The notes: a model not told the origin generated them from the sequence alone. A stretch of 61,524 nucleotides of DNA from Candidatus Altiarchaeota archaeon (GCA_043820265.1 JBDREA010000097.1:1-61524), one strand, 5' to 3'. Shown: positions 1-7,433, counted from the stretch's first letter. Made by a program: numbers and translations.

Positions 1-162
1 ATTCTCCTTTACAACTTTTCGGGCGGGTTTTCTTCCTAGTAAATTCGGATCTTCAATCTCCTTAATCTGCGCCATTGCATCTTCAGGCGATACCTGATTT
101 AGCATAAGACGATTAAGGAGGTCTTGTTGTTTCGCCCTTTCCCCCTTGTCATAAAGAGGCAT
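1..162 (-). CDS. hypothetical protein, N-terminal fragment (gene runs off the window start)
   Basis: A minus-strand ATG (plus-strand cat at 160-162) opens the frame MPLYDKGERAKQQDLLNRLMLNQVSPEDAMAQIKEIEDPNLLGRKPARKVVKEN..., which stays open to position 1. No family recognised. Confidence 0.3.
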   Translation of the reverse strand, partial: MPLYDKGERAKQQDLLNRLMLNQVSPEDAMAQIKEIEDPNLLGRKPARKVVKEN

Positions 163-364
163 GAACATATACAGGAATTCAAAGGAAAAAAATCATATAG
201 AAAAGCTAAACCTACTACCTAACTTCCTTTTTTATATTCTTTCCAGCCCAATAATCCCTTGAAATTTCTATCAAAAACCGTTTGTTTGAGTACTTGAACT
301 TTTAGAAAGTCCTGTCCAAGGTGAGTTTTTTATTTTTAAACATGTTTTTCTGTTTGTTACTGTT

Positions 365-859
365 ATGGTTTCGTGTGGGAAGTGCGGGGGTGAGGTTCAT
401 ATCGAGAAATCGGTTTGTGGTAAGTGTGTTGATGTTTTTGAGGATGTTGTAGTGCATCATATTCGGGGTTTTGTTTTGAGTTTTTTGTTTGTTATTTGTT
501 TGGTCTTTGTATGCTCTTATTTTTTAGTGTCTTTGGTTAGTGGCGGCTGGGTTTTAATCGATCCCTTTTATGTTTTAGGTCTTGTAATGCTTTTTTTTGC
601 TTTGTTGTTGTTGGGCATTTTTATTGCTGAGTTAAAGATTCACGGTTCGTCTGGGGGCATTTCTAATCCTTGGAGTGCCTTGGGTTATTTTATGGTGCGT
701 GTTTATACTGTCACAGGTTTTTTGGTGGGGGGAGGGGTTGGATTTATTTTAGGGAAGAATTGGATGAATGCTTTGCTTTTAGCCCCTCTTTTTGCGTTTT
801 TGGGGATGAGCATGTCCTATAAGGTTGGATACGGAAATAAGATGTATAGGTGGTTTTAG
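365..859 (+). CDS. membrane protein with N-terminal zinc-ribbon (CxxC...CxxC)
   Basis: 164-aa ORF. The N-terminus CGKCGGEVHIEKSVCGKC looks like a zinc ribbon and is followed by about 4 hydrophobic helices. No family recognised. Confidence 0.55.
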   Translation: MVSCGKCGGEVHIEKSVCGKCVDVFEDVVVHHIRGFVLSFLFVICLVFVCSYFLVSLVSGGWVLIDPFYVLGLVMLFFALLLLGIFIAELKIHGSSGGISNPWSALGYFMVRVYTVTGFLVGGGVGFILGKNWMNALLLAPLFAFLGMSMSYKVGYGNKMYRWF

Positions 860-862
860 TTT

Positions 863-1342
863 TTAGATATCCTTCGTTTTTTCGCATTCGTATTTTCCTG
901 TGGCGCAGTAGTTTTTGAAGTGTTTGAGCCATTTGGGGTTTTTTGGGTTGTTTTCGACGAATTCGACGAGTTTTCCGAGCTGCTCTATGCTTTCGGGGCT
1001 GAGTTGGTGCTCGATTTTGCAGGCATCCTCTTCTGCGGTTCTTTCTGATACTAGTATGATCTTTAGGAGTTTTGTGAGGGTTTCATGGCGTTTACTCACG
1101 GCTCTTGCAATCTTTTCGCCTTGGGGCGTCAATTCTGGCGGCTTGTAGGGTATGTGGGTGATTAGACCTTTCTCTGAGAGTTTGTTGAGCATCTCGGTTA
1201 CTGATGGGGCTGATACTTGGAGTTCTCGGGCCAGGTCTCTGGTTCGGACTGCTCCTTTTAAGTTTCTTAATTTGTAGATTGCTTCCAGGTAGTCTTCCAT
1301 CACATTGGTGATCATTTTAGGGTGGCCTAAGAATTTTTCCAT
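863..1342 (-). CDS. DtxR/MntR-family metal-dependent transcriptional repressor
   Basis: The N-terminal wHTH MEDYLEAIYKL...VRTRDLARELQVSAPSVTEMLNKLSEKGLI and the metal-binding/dimerisation region RHETLTKLL...AEEDACKIEH are typical of DtxR/IdeR/MntR proteins. The gene is divergent from feoAB. Confidence 0.9.
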   Translation of the reverse strand: MEKFLGHPKMITNVMEDYLEAIYKLRNLKGAVRTRDLARELQVSAPSVTEMLNKLSEKGLITHIPYKPPELTPQGEKIARAVSKRHETLTKLLKIILVSERTAEEDACKIEHQLSPESIEQLGKLVEFVENNPKNPKWLKHFKNYCATGKYECEKTKDI

Positions 1343-1398
1343 TTTCTAATTCTATCTCTTGGTTAATAAGTGCATTATAACCTTTTTTTTCAGGAATT

Positions 1399-1450
1399 TT
1401 AGGTTAGAAGATATATACAACCTAATTCTTTATTATTAGGTATGCCTAAC
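1399..1450 (+). promoter_or_regulatory. feoA promoter with DtxR-box-like operators
   Basis: TTAGGTTAG (1399-1407) and CAACCTAA (1418-1425) flank a TATA-like ATATATA (1411-1417). A second site, TTAGGTATGCCTAAC (1436-1450), matches 13 of the first 15 positions of the DtxR consensus TTAGGTTAGCCTAACCTAA and contains the feoA ATG (1442). TATA-to-ATG spacing suggests a leaderless mRNA. Confidence 0.55.
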
Positions 1451-1717
1451 ATGCCAAGACTGAAATTAACCGAAATACCTCTCGACACTATATTTGTTAT
1501 CGTCGAAGTTGTAGGGGGGAGGGGGATAAAAAAGCAGCTCCGAGACATCGGGCTAGGTGAAGGAGTTGAGCTGACGCTAATCGCCATGCAACCCGCAGGA
1601 GGCCCCCTAGTGGTTCGAACCCAAAGCTCGATGATCACTCTTGGCAGGGGAAAGGCGGAACGAATAATGGTGGAGATTCAAGATGAAAAGCCGTCAACAG
1701 GGGTCAAATCCGGATAG
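1442..1717 (+). CDS. feoA: FeoA-domain ferrous iron transport protein A
   Basis: 91-aa SH3-like FeoA pattern (VVGGRGIKKQLRDIGLGEGVELTLI...GGPLVVRTQSSMITLGRGKAERIMV), immediately upstream of and overlapping feoB. Confidence 0.85.
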   Translation: MPNMPRLKLTEIPLDTIFVIVEVVGGRGIKKQLRDIGLGEGVELTLIAMQPAGGPLVVRTQSSMITLGRGKAERIMVEIQDEKPSTGVKSG

Positions 1718-3437
1718 TTCGGAAAGATTTAGGAAAAAGATCCTTTTGATGGGTAACCCCAACGTGGGAAAAAGCGCATTGTTCTCCAGGCTGACAGGAT
1801 TGAACGTCATCTGCTCAAATTACGGGGGCACTACAGTAAGCTTCTGCATAGGAACCGTGAAAATCCGAGATAACACCTTTGATCTCATAGATGTCCCGGG
1901 GACATACAGCCTCGAAGCCACATCAGATGCCGAGAAGGTTGCCACAGATCTTGTAGCCGAAGGCGACATCATCCTCAATGTCGTTGACGCAACCAACCTG
2001 GAACGTAACCTCAAACTCACGCACGAACTCATGCATACTGGAAAACCGATGATTGTGGCGCTTAACATGTGGGACGACACCAGGCACCTTGGGATTCACA
2101 TCGACAAAGACCTTCTGAGCAAACGCCTTGGAGTTCCCGTAGTATCAACAGTTGCTGTGAGCGGGGAAGGATTGAAGACTCTGGTCGAATCAATCGACAA
2201 AGCGACTCCATCCAAAAATAAAAGCGAAGGAGATTCTGATCATAGATACAGGGAGATAGGAAAAATAATCGAGGAAGTGCAGGTCCTCGAGCACAGGCAC
2301 CACACCTTCCGGGAGCACTTGGAAGATGCAAGCGTTAAACCCCTGACAGGCATCCCGATAGCATTATTCGTCTTGTATGTTATGTTTCAGACGATAATCA
2401 CTGCGGGAAACCTCATAATTGAATACTTAATGGATCCTTTCTTCTATGGGGTCTATGCCCCCCTCGTTGTGCCAGTAGCTGAGGCTATAGTCGGGACCGA
2501 AGGGCTTTTGCATGAGATACTGATCGGCTCAGGTGAGAATTTCATCGAATCTTTTGGTGTGTTGACTACAGGACTCTATGTTCCCTTCGACATGGTCCTG
2601 CCTTTCGTAGTCTTATTCTATTTTATGCTGGCGCTCCTTGAGGACGTCGGCTATCTTCCCCGTCTTGCCACCTTATCTGACAGTGTCATGCACAGGGTTG
2701 GTTTGCACGGAACAGCCATCATCCCCTCGATACTAGGTTTGGGCTGCAATGTTCCTGGAGCACTTTCTGTCAGAGTTCTTGAGACGAGAAAGCAGAGATT
2801 CATCGCTTCGCTCCTTTTGGCTATTTGCATCCCATGTCTTGCCCAATCCGCTATGATCTTTGGATTACTGGCCCCCCATGGACTCAAATACCTGGCAATA
2901 GTATACGGCACTCTATTATTCCTATATCTTTTTCTAGGTGGTGTCTTGAACAGATTTCTTGAGGGAGAAAGCCCGTCTATCCTCATGGAGATCCCCCCCT
3001 ACAGGTGGCCGAACCTAAAGATTCTACTTAAAAAGGTCTGGATGAGGGTGAAATGGTTTCTTTTGGAAGCTGTGCCTTACGTGCTCTTAGGAGTGTTGAT
3101 TGTGAACCTTATGCATGTGACTGGGGTGGTGGATTTCCTAGCAAAACTCGCCGCGCCTTTATTCGTCAAGGTGTTCGGATTACCCGAGGAGGCAGTTGCC
3201 GCGCTCGTCGTTGGATTTTTCAGAAAAGACGTAGCCGTTGGGATGCTTGCACCTCTTGGAATGACAGCTAAACAACTAACGATTGCCTCTACTATACTTG
3301 CAGTTTACTTCCCATGCGTAGCGACCTTCACGGTTATGATACGTGAACTCGGATGGCGGGACATGACTTTGGCCGCAGCGATTATGGCAGTAGTGTCTCT
3401 AACGGTGGGGGCTTCGCTGAACTTGCTTTTAGCATAG
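1683..3437 (+). CDS. feoB: ferrous iron transporter FeoB (G-domain plus permease)
   Basis: N-terminal GTPase motifs (GNPNVGKSALF, DVPGTYS, NMWD) followed by a polytopic membrane domain. 584 aa. Overlaps the feoA end by 35 nt. Confidence 0.95.
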   Translation: MKSRQQGSNPDSSERFRKKILLMGNPNVGKSALFSRLTGLNVICSNYGGTTVSFCIGTVKIRDNTFDLIDVPGTYSLEATSDAEKVATDLVAEGDIILNVVDATNLERNLKLTHELMHTGKPMIVALNMWDDTRHLGIHIDKDLLSKRLGVPVVSTVAVSGEGLKTLVESIDKATPSKNKSEGDSDHRYREIGKIIEEVQVLEHRHHTFREHLEDASVKPLTGIPIALFVLYVMFQTIITAGNLIIEYLMDPFFYGVYAPLVVPVAEAIVGTEGLLHEILIGSGENFIESFGVLTTGLYVPFDMVLPFVVLFYFMLALLEDVGYLPRLATLSDSVMHRVGLHGTAIIPSILGLGCNVPGALSVRVLETRKQRFIASLLLAICIPCLAQSAMIFGLLAPHGLKYLAIVYGTLLFLYLFLGGVLNRFLEGESPSILMEIPPYRWPNLKILLKKVWMRVKWFLLEAVPYVLLGVLIVNLMHVTGVVDFLAKLAAPLFVKVFGLPEEAVAALVVGFFRKDVAVGMLAPLGMTAKQLTIASTILAVYFPCVATFTVMIRELGWRDMTLAAAIMAVVSLTVGASLNLLLA

Positions 3438-3454
3438 TAGGGCCAATCCGTTGT

Positions 3455-3808
3455 CTAATCTAAGCCACTTGTGATCTTTACTACGTAGTATGGTTGGCCG
3501 TCTACTTCAATGGGTGAAAACTTTGTGTTTAGGAGGACTACGTCCCCGTTTTTTTTCATGAGAGGTATCTTTTCGATTTCTCCCCCTCCGTGTAGGATGA
3601 TTTTTAGTAGCTCCTTCTTTTTGTCCCCAGCGAGTGTGCTTATGCTAAAAATCGGTTTTTCGCAAATCTCAGATGGGAGATAACCGAGCAAATCAGCTGT
3701 TTCATGGCTTATCCAGGCCACGCCCATTGCATACAAGTCGATTATCGCGTCAAAGTCCCCTACCCTCTCCTCTGCAATCCTGACAACTTTTTCGATGTTT
3801 TCGTTCAT
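3455..3808 (-). CDS. PAS-domain protein
   Basis: PAS-like core (AWISHETADLLGYLPSEICEKPIFSI...KKNGDVVLLNTKFSPIEVDGQPYYVVKITS). The ORF-track start at 3868 is a TTG, so I prefer the ATG at 3808 (MNENIEKV). Confidence 0.7.
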   Translation of the reverse strand: MNENIEKVVRIAEERVGDFDAIIDLYAMGVAWISHETADLLGYLPSEICEKPIFSISTLAGDKKKELLKIILHGGGEIEKIPLMKKNGDVVLLNTKFSPIEVDGQPYYVVKITSGLD

Positions 3809-3875
3809 AGTGGGTATATCTTGGAGTTTAGAAATAAATTTGAAGGAATGACTCAGTTGAGCTGCCAAATCTTTT

Positions 3876-4049
3876 TTAGGCGGGTTTGGGCGTTAGAGAA
3901 ATCCTCTCTCTGGGCTTGATCTTTACACATTGGTTCTCTTTTAGTTCCAGCCCATCTGCGACAAATTTATCGATGCATATGACGCCGTCTCTCCCTCTCC
4001 CCTGATACAAGAAGTAACCTCTAAACGACTTTCTTCCCCCATTAACCAT
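3876..4049 (-). CDS. small (57 aa) protein, possibly AbrB/SpoVT-like or double-psi beta-barrel-like
   Basis: Not in the ORF track (under 60 aa). ATG at 4049, TAA at 3876-3878: MVNGGRKSFRGYFLYQGRGRDGVICIDKFVADGLELKENQCVKIKPRERISLTPKPA. The G..I.ID......GL..(gd).V.I pattern resembles small beta-barrel DNA/substrate-binding domains. Lies directly upstream of the PAS gene on the same strand. Confidence 0.4.
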   Translation of the reverse strand: MVNGGRKSFRGYFLYQGRGRDGVICIDKFVADGLELKENQCVKIKPRERISLTPKPA

Positions 4050-4070
4050 GTCTTATCCAATCAAATATCA

Positions 4071-4105
4071 CAAAACAGATATATAAGCGTATGATGACGT
4101 CATCA
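4071..4105 (+). promoter_or_regulatory. TATA box with purine-rich BRE-like flank, followed by a perfect 14-bp palindrome
   Basis: CAAAACAG-ATATATAA (TATA at 4079-4086), then TGATGACGTCATCA (4092-4105), a perfect palindrome. A start about 25 nt downstream of the TATA would fall near G4111, where the GC-rich structured segment begins. Confidence 0.4.
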
Positions 4106-4110
4106 AATTA

Positions 4111-4495
4111 GTGGAATACCTCCTCATGCCGCGGAGAGCCGGAAACGACGAAGAGCTTCGCTCTTCGTGTTCACGAACAGTGAACTGTTCGTTGAACCCG
4201 GCAATTCATTGCCGGGATGCGAAAGAGACCGAAGGTCTCTTTGTGCGCATGAACGCGAATCGTTCTTCGCGGGAGGCCGCGGCCAATCCGGCTCTCCGGC
4301 ACACAAGCGACACCGATGTGTCGCTGTGCCCACAAACACCCTTGGGGTGTTTGTCGGGTGAAACCCCGCACTCGCTCAAAATCCCCTCGGGATTTCCCTA
4401 ATCAACCTTCGGTTGATTGGGCGCGAAATTCGCGAAGGGAATTTCAGCGTGGCGCACGGGAACACATAGCGTTCCCAGTGTTAGTGCGGGGTTAT
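4111..4495 (+). ncRNA. candidate large structured RNA of unknown class (strand assignment tentative)
   Basis: About 57% G+C by hand count versus about 33% in the 90 nt upstream. No credible ORF. Two perfect 11-bp long-range helices (4132-4142 with 4288-4298; 4362-4372 with 4483-4493) each enclose several perfect hairpins, with two further hairpins (4306-4325, 4332-4354) between them. See findings. Confidence 0.5.
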
Positions 4496-4929
4496 TCATC
4501 CAAAACGAGATGCGAGATATAGCCAAAAAACGCAAACCCGCAGTACACAGGGGACACTAAATACAAGGGCACAGAAAAAAACAAGGCGGCGGCCGGCGTA
4601 TGATAAAGCCTTCGATGCTTGGCGAACCAAAGCAGATACGGAAAGACAGCAAATATTAGAGCCACAAACAACACATAAATATCCGCCCTACCACCCAAAA
4701 ACATACCGATGGAAACGATGACGACAGCCAAGCATATGATGGAAACAGGCTTTCTGATCTTTGACGAAGGAGTGTCGATATCCGGCAAAATTGAATAAAC
4801 CGATCCAATCAATACTCCCACAAAAAAATCCCTAAAACTTATATCAATAAACTCCCCTCTTTCGTTTAAAACAAAAAACAAAAAGGCCAAAAACCAAAAA
4901 CCCACCAGATGAACTCGATAAGAAGGCAT
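4492..4929 (-). CDS. membrane-bound metal-dependent hydrolase-like protein (YdjM/DUF457-like)
   Basis: Polytopic membrane protein starting MPSYRVHLVG..., with PDIDTPSS and a C-terminal HLVLDE, typical of this family. The track N-terminal extension (MASNILEDI...) is encoded by the repeat element and was rejected. Confidence 0.65.
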   Translation of the reverse strand: MPSYRVHLVGFWFLAFLFFVLNERGEFIDISFRDFFVGVLIGSVYSILPDIDTPSSKIRKPVSIICLAVVIVSIGMFLGGRADIYVLFVALIFAVFPYLLWFAKHRRLYHTPAAALFFSVPLYLVSPVYCGFAFFGYISHLVLDE

Positions 4930-4932
4930 GAT

Positions 4933-5040
4933 AAATATAGTGGAGGACATATATATCCGGATAAATTCTATGTCTTCCAATATATTTGAGGCCATAACTG
5001 ATTACAGGACTGTCTAGGAGTTTATGGCCTCAACTATATT
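4933..5040 (-). repeat. double-hairpin promoter-proximal element, copy A
   Basis: Hairpin 1 arms are 4979-4997 and 5022-5040 (AATATATTTGAGGCCATAA / TTATGGCCTCAACTATATT). Hairpin 2 arms are 4942-4950 and 4970-4978 (GGAGGACAT / ATGTCTTCC). Homologous to the copies at 34086-34196 and 36682-36792. Confidence 0.65.
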
Positions 5041-5086
5041 ACACCGATACCTTTTTATTGTCTAATGCCCTATTATCTTCCTCACG

Positions 5087-5446
5087 ATGTACCATAAAGA
5101 CAAGACAAAAGCCCACAAAAAGAGGAAATACGCCCAAGGCAGGTTTTCAACCGAGACTACTGTTGGAAAAAACCAGATAAAAAAGGTCAAAGTCAAAGGT
5201 GGCGGGGAGAAGACAAAGCTAGCCTCAGCTGAAAAATGCAATGTCCTCCTCGACGGAAAGCACATTGTATGCGAAATCATCACAGTAACAGACAATCCAG
5301 CTTCAAGGGACTACACCCGCCGAAACATAATAACTAAAGGGGCGCACCTGAATGTGAAAACCCCGGCCGGAAAAGAGGTTGAAGTGGCAGTCACCTCAAG
5401 ACCAGGCCAGGTGGGGACAGTGAACGCCGTTGTAAAATCCGCTTGA
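5087..5446 (+). CDS. rps8e: 30S ribosomal protein S8e
   Basis: The basic N-terminus KAHKKRKYAQGR...KVKVKGGGEKTKL...NPASRDYTRRNIITKGA is typical of archaeal/eukaryotic S8e. Confidence 0.9.
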   Translation: MYHKDKTKAHKKRKYAQGRFSTETTVGKNQIKKVKVKGGGEKTKLASAEKCNVLLDGKHIVCEIITVTDNPASRDYTRRNIITKGAHLNVKTPAGKEVEVAVTSRPGQVGTVNAVVKSA

Positions 5447-5536
5447 AACTCAAGCAAGTAATATTTTCACTTAATATTTGGTCGGTAATATAAGCAGATT
5501 ACACCGATTCAATTCTAAAATTTTTTCGGGGGAAAA

Positions 5537-7180
5537 ATGGAATTCAAAGAAAAAGCTGAAAAACTAATTGAAACCCATAAAAACGTAAAGGATAATCTTA
5601 GCCGAAAAGAACTTATCAAAGCTTGTGTCGAAAACAGGGAAGCAATTGTAGCTGCAAACGGCGCGCTTACAACCTGGACGCCTACTAATTCAACCGGTAG
5701 GAGCCCAAAGGATACATACCTGGTGAAGCGTCCGGAAAGCCAAGACACAATCGACTGGAACAGCCCCAACAACATCCCACTCTCACCAGAAACCTTTGAT
5801 ATGGTTGTCGAAGATGCGTTAGCTACTCTATCAAAAAAAGAAAAAATATATGTAACCGACCGCGTCCTCGGAGCCGACTCCTCCTACGCCCTCCCCGTAA
5901 AGACAATCACAGACAAAGCAATAATCTCACTTTTCACTGACAACATGTTCAGAGCCACACCAAAAGATATTGAAAAGAGCGTCTTTGCAGACAAACCTTT
6001 CATACTCATTGTAGTCCCAAATGACAAACTTGACCCGAAAAAATACACTGGTCTTCTACGAGTCCGGTCTACGGGAAATACTTCGCGAATGGCGATCGTG
6101 GCAGATATCGACAAACGTATCGGAGTAGTCTACGGTAGCTTTTATTGCGGATCCGTGAAAAAACTCATGTTCACCGTTATGAACTACGTGCTCCCGGGTG
6201 TTGGCATCCTACCTTTGCATTGCAGCGCAAATGAAGGAAAGGAAGGCGATACAGCACTTTTACTCGGACTTTCTGGCACTGGAAAAACCACTCTTTCCGC
6301 CGATCCTAATAGGGCATTGCTAGGGGACGACGAACACGGTTGGGATGAAAATGGAATAGCAAACTTTGAAAATGGATGCTACGCCAAACTCATCAACCTT
6401 CGAAAAGAGAAGGAACCAGAGATCTTTAATGCATGTTTCAAAAAAGAAGACTACTTAGATCACGGAGCAATAATCGAAAACTGTATGATGTATCCAGACG
6501 GCACATTCGACGTCGACGACGAAAGGCTTACGCCCAATAGCCGAGGTTCATATCCCCTTTCCTCTCTTAAAAACATTAAGACCCCCCCTGTGGGTGGCCA
6601 CCCAAAAACGATTCTCTTCCTCACAGCCGATGCAAATGGTGTGCTACCCCCGGTCTCAAAACTCACAGCCGAGCAGGCGATGCTCTGGTTTTTGATGGGA
6701 TACACTAGTAAGCTCGCAGGCACCGAACGCGGAGTCACCGACCCTGTGTCGACATTCAGCCGGTTCTTCGGCTCACCTTTCATGCCCAGAAACCCGGACG
6801 TCTACGCCAAGCTCCTCGGCGAAAAGATGAAAAAGCACGGGGCAACCGTCTATCTCGTAAACACTGGCTGGAGCGGCGGACCCTTCGGCGAAGGCGAGAG
6901 AATGGACATCATGCTCACCCGCGCAATCGTAGACGCATGCTTATCGGGAAAGCTTGAAGATGTCGAATACGAGGAAGACCCCCTCTTTCACATACTGGTT
7001 CCAAAATCGTGCCCAGGCGTAGCCTCAGATGTTCTGCATCCAAAAAACACCTGGAAGGACAAACAAGCTTATGACAAACGCGCCGAAAAACTCGCCAAAG
7101 ACTTCTGCGAGCATTTCCAAAAAGCCTACGGCAAAAAAAACATAGACGTCAACGTAGCCCAGATGTGCCCTGGAATCTAA
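5537..7180 (+). CDS. pckA: phosphoenolpyruvate carboxykinase (ATP)
   Basis: 547 aa. Kinase-1a P-loop LGLSGTGKTTLS, plus GDDEHGW and NTGWSGGPFG motifs characteristic of ATP-dependent PEPCK. Confidence 0.95.
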   Translation: MEFKEKAEKLIETHKNVKDNLSRKELIKACVENREAIVAANGALTTWTPTNSTGRSPKDTYLVKRPESQDTIDWNSPNNIPLSPETFDMVVEDALATLSKKEKIYVTDRVLGADSSYALPVKTITDKAIISLFTDNMFRATPKDIEKSVFADKPFILIVVPNDKLDPKKYTGLLRVRSTGNTSRMAIVADIDKRIGVVYGSFYCGSVKKLMFTVMNYVLPGVGILPLHCSANEGKEGDTALLLGLSGTGKTTLSADPNRALLGDDEHGWDENGIANFENGCYAKLINLRKEKEPEIFNACFKKEDYLDHGAIIENCMMYPDGTFDVDDERLTPNSRGSYPLSSLKNIKTPPVGGHPKTILFLTADANGVLPPVSKLTAEQAMLWFLMGYTSKLAGTERGVTDPVSTFSRFFGSPFMPRNPDVYAKLLGEKMKKHGATVYLVNTGWSGGPFGEGERMDIMLTRAIVDACLSGKLEDVEYEEDPLFHILVPKSCPGVASDVLHPKNTWKDKQAYDKRAEKLAKDFCEHFQKAYGKKNIDVNVAQMCPGI

Positions 7181-7191
7181 TAAAAAAGAAA

Positions 7192-7380
7192 ATGCCTGTA
7201 ATAGAAGTAAAACTCTGGGACGGCCGCACACCCGAACAAAAGGAAAAAGTCATCGCAGTCGTCACCGACGCCATCTGCGAATCGATTGGATGCCCCCGCG
7301 AACACGTCCACGTCATCATCCACGACGTGAAAAAAGAGAATTGGGGGATAGGCGGAAAACAAGCAAGCAAAATCCAATAA
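7192..7380 (+). CDS. 4-oxalocrotonate tautomerase family enzyme
   Basis: MPVIEVKLWDGRTPEQKEKVIAVVTDAICESIGCPREHVHVIIHDVKKENWGIGG. Catalytic Pro-1 after Met and about 62 aa, a classic 4-OT monomer. The start was moved from the track's 7165 to 7192. Confidence 0.85.
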   Translation: MPVIEVKLWDGRTPEQKEKVIAVVTDAICESIGCPREHVHVIIHDVKKENWGIGGKQASKIQ

Positions 7381-7433
7381 ACCACCACCTTAAACGCACT
7401 ATTTATCCTAGTTCTTCCCTGATAATTAATGCT

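Noticed and set aside
4111-4495. Assigning the structured segment to RNase P RNA or SRP (7S) RNA.
   Set aside because: I could not find the universal CR-I motif GAGGAAAGUCC (or its complement), nor an SRP helix-8-type CCGGAAGGGAGCA motif. The architecture of two closed multi-hairpin domains does not match the SRP rod or the RNase P P4 pseudoknot layout. The class is left open, pending a covariance-model search.
4111-4522. Overlapping ORFs on both strands in the GC-rich segment (4111-4401, 4167-4361, 4316-4522 plus; 4124-4339, 4171-4371 minus).
   Set aside because: Several frames are open at once, as expected from high G+C and palindromic sequence. The translations are Arg/Ser/Cys/Pro-rich with no protein-like pattern, and the region is better explained by nested base-pairing.
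7290-7433. N-terminal 48-aa extension of the sigma-like ORF (MPPRTRPRHHPRREKRELG...).
   Set aside because: It overlaps the well-supported 4-OT tautomerase gene in another frame and is Arg/Pro-rich. The ATG at 7434 follows AT-rich TATA-like sequence and is the plausible start.
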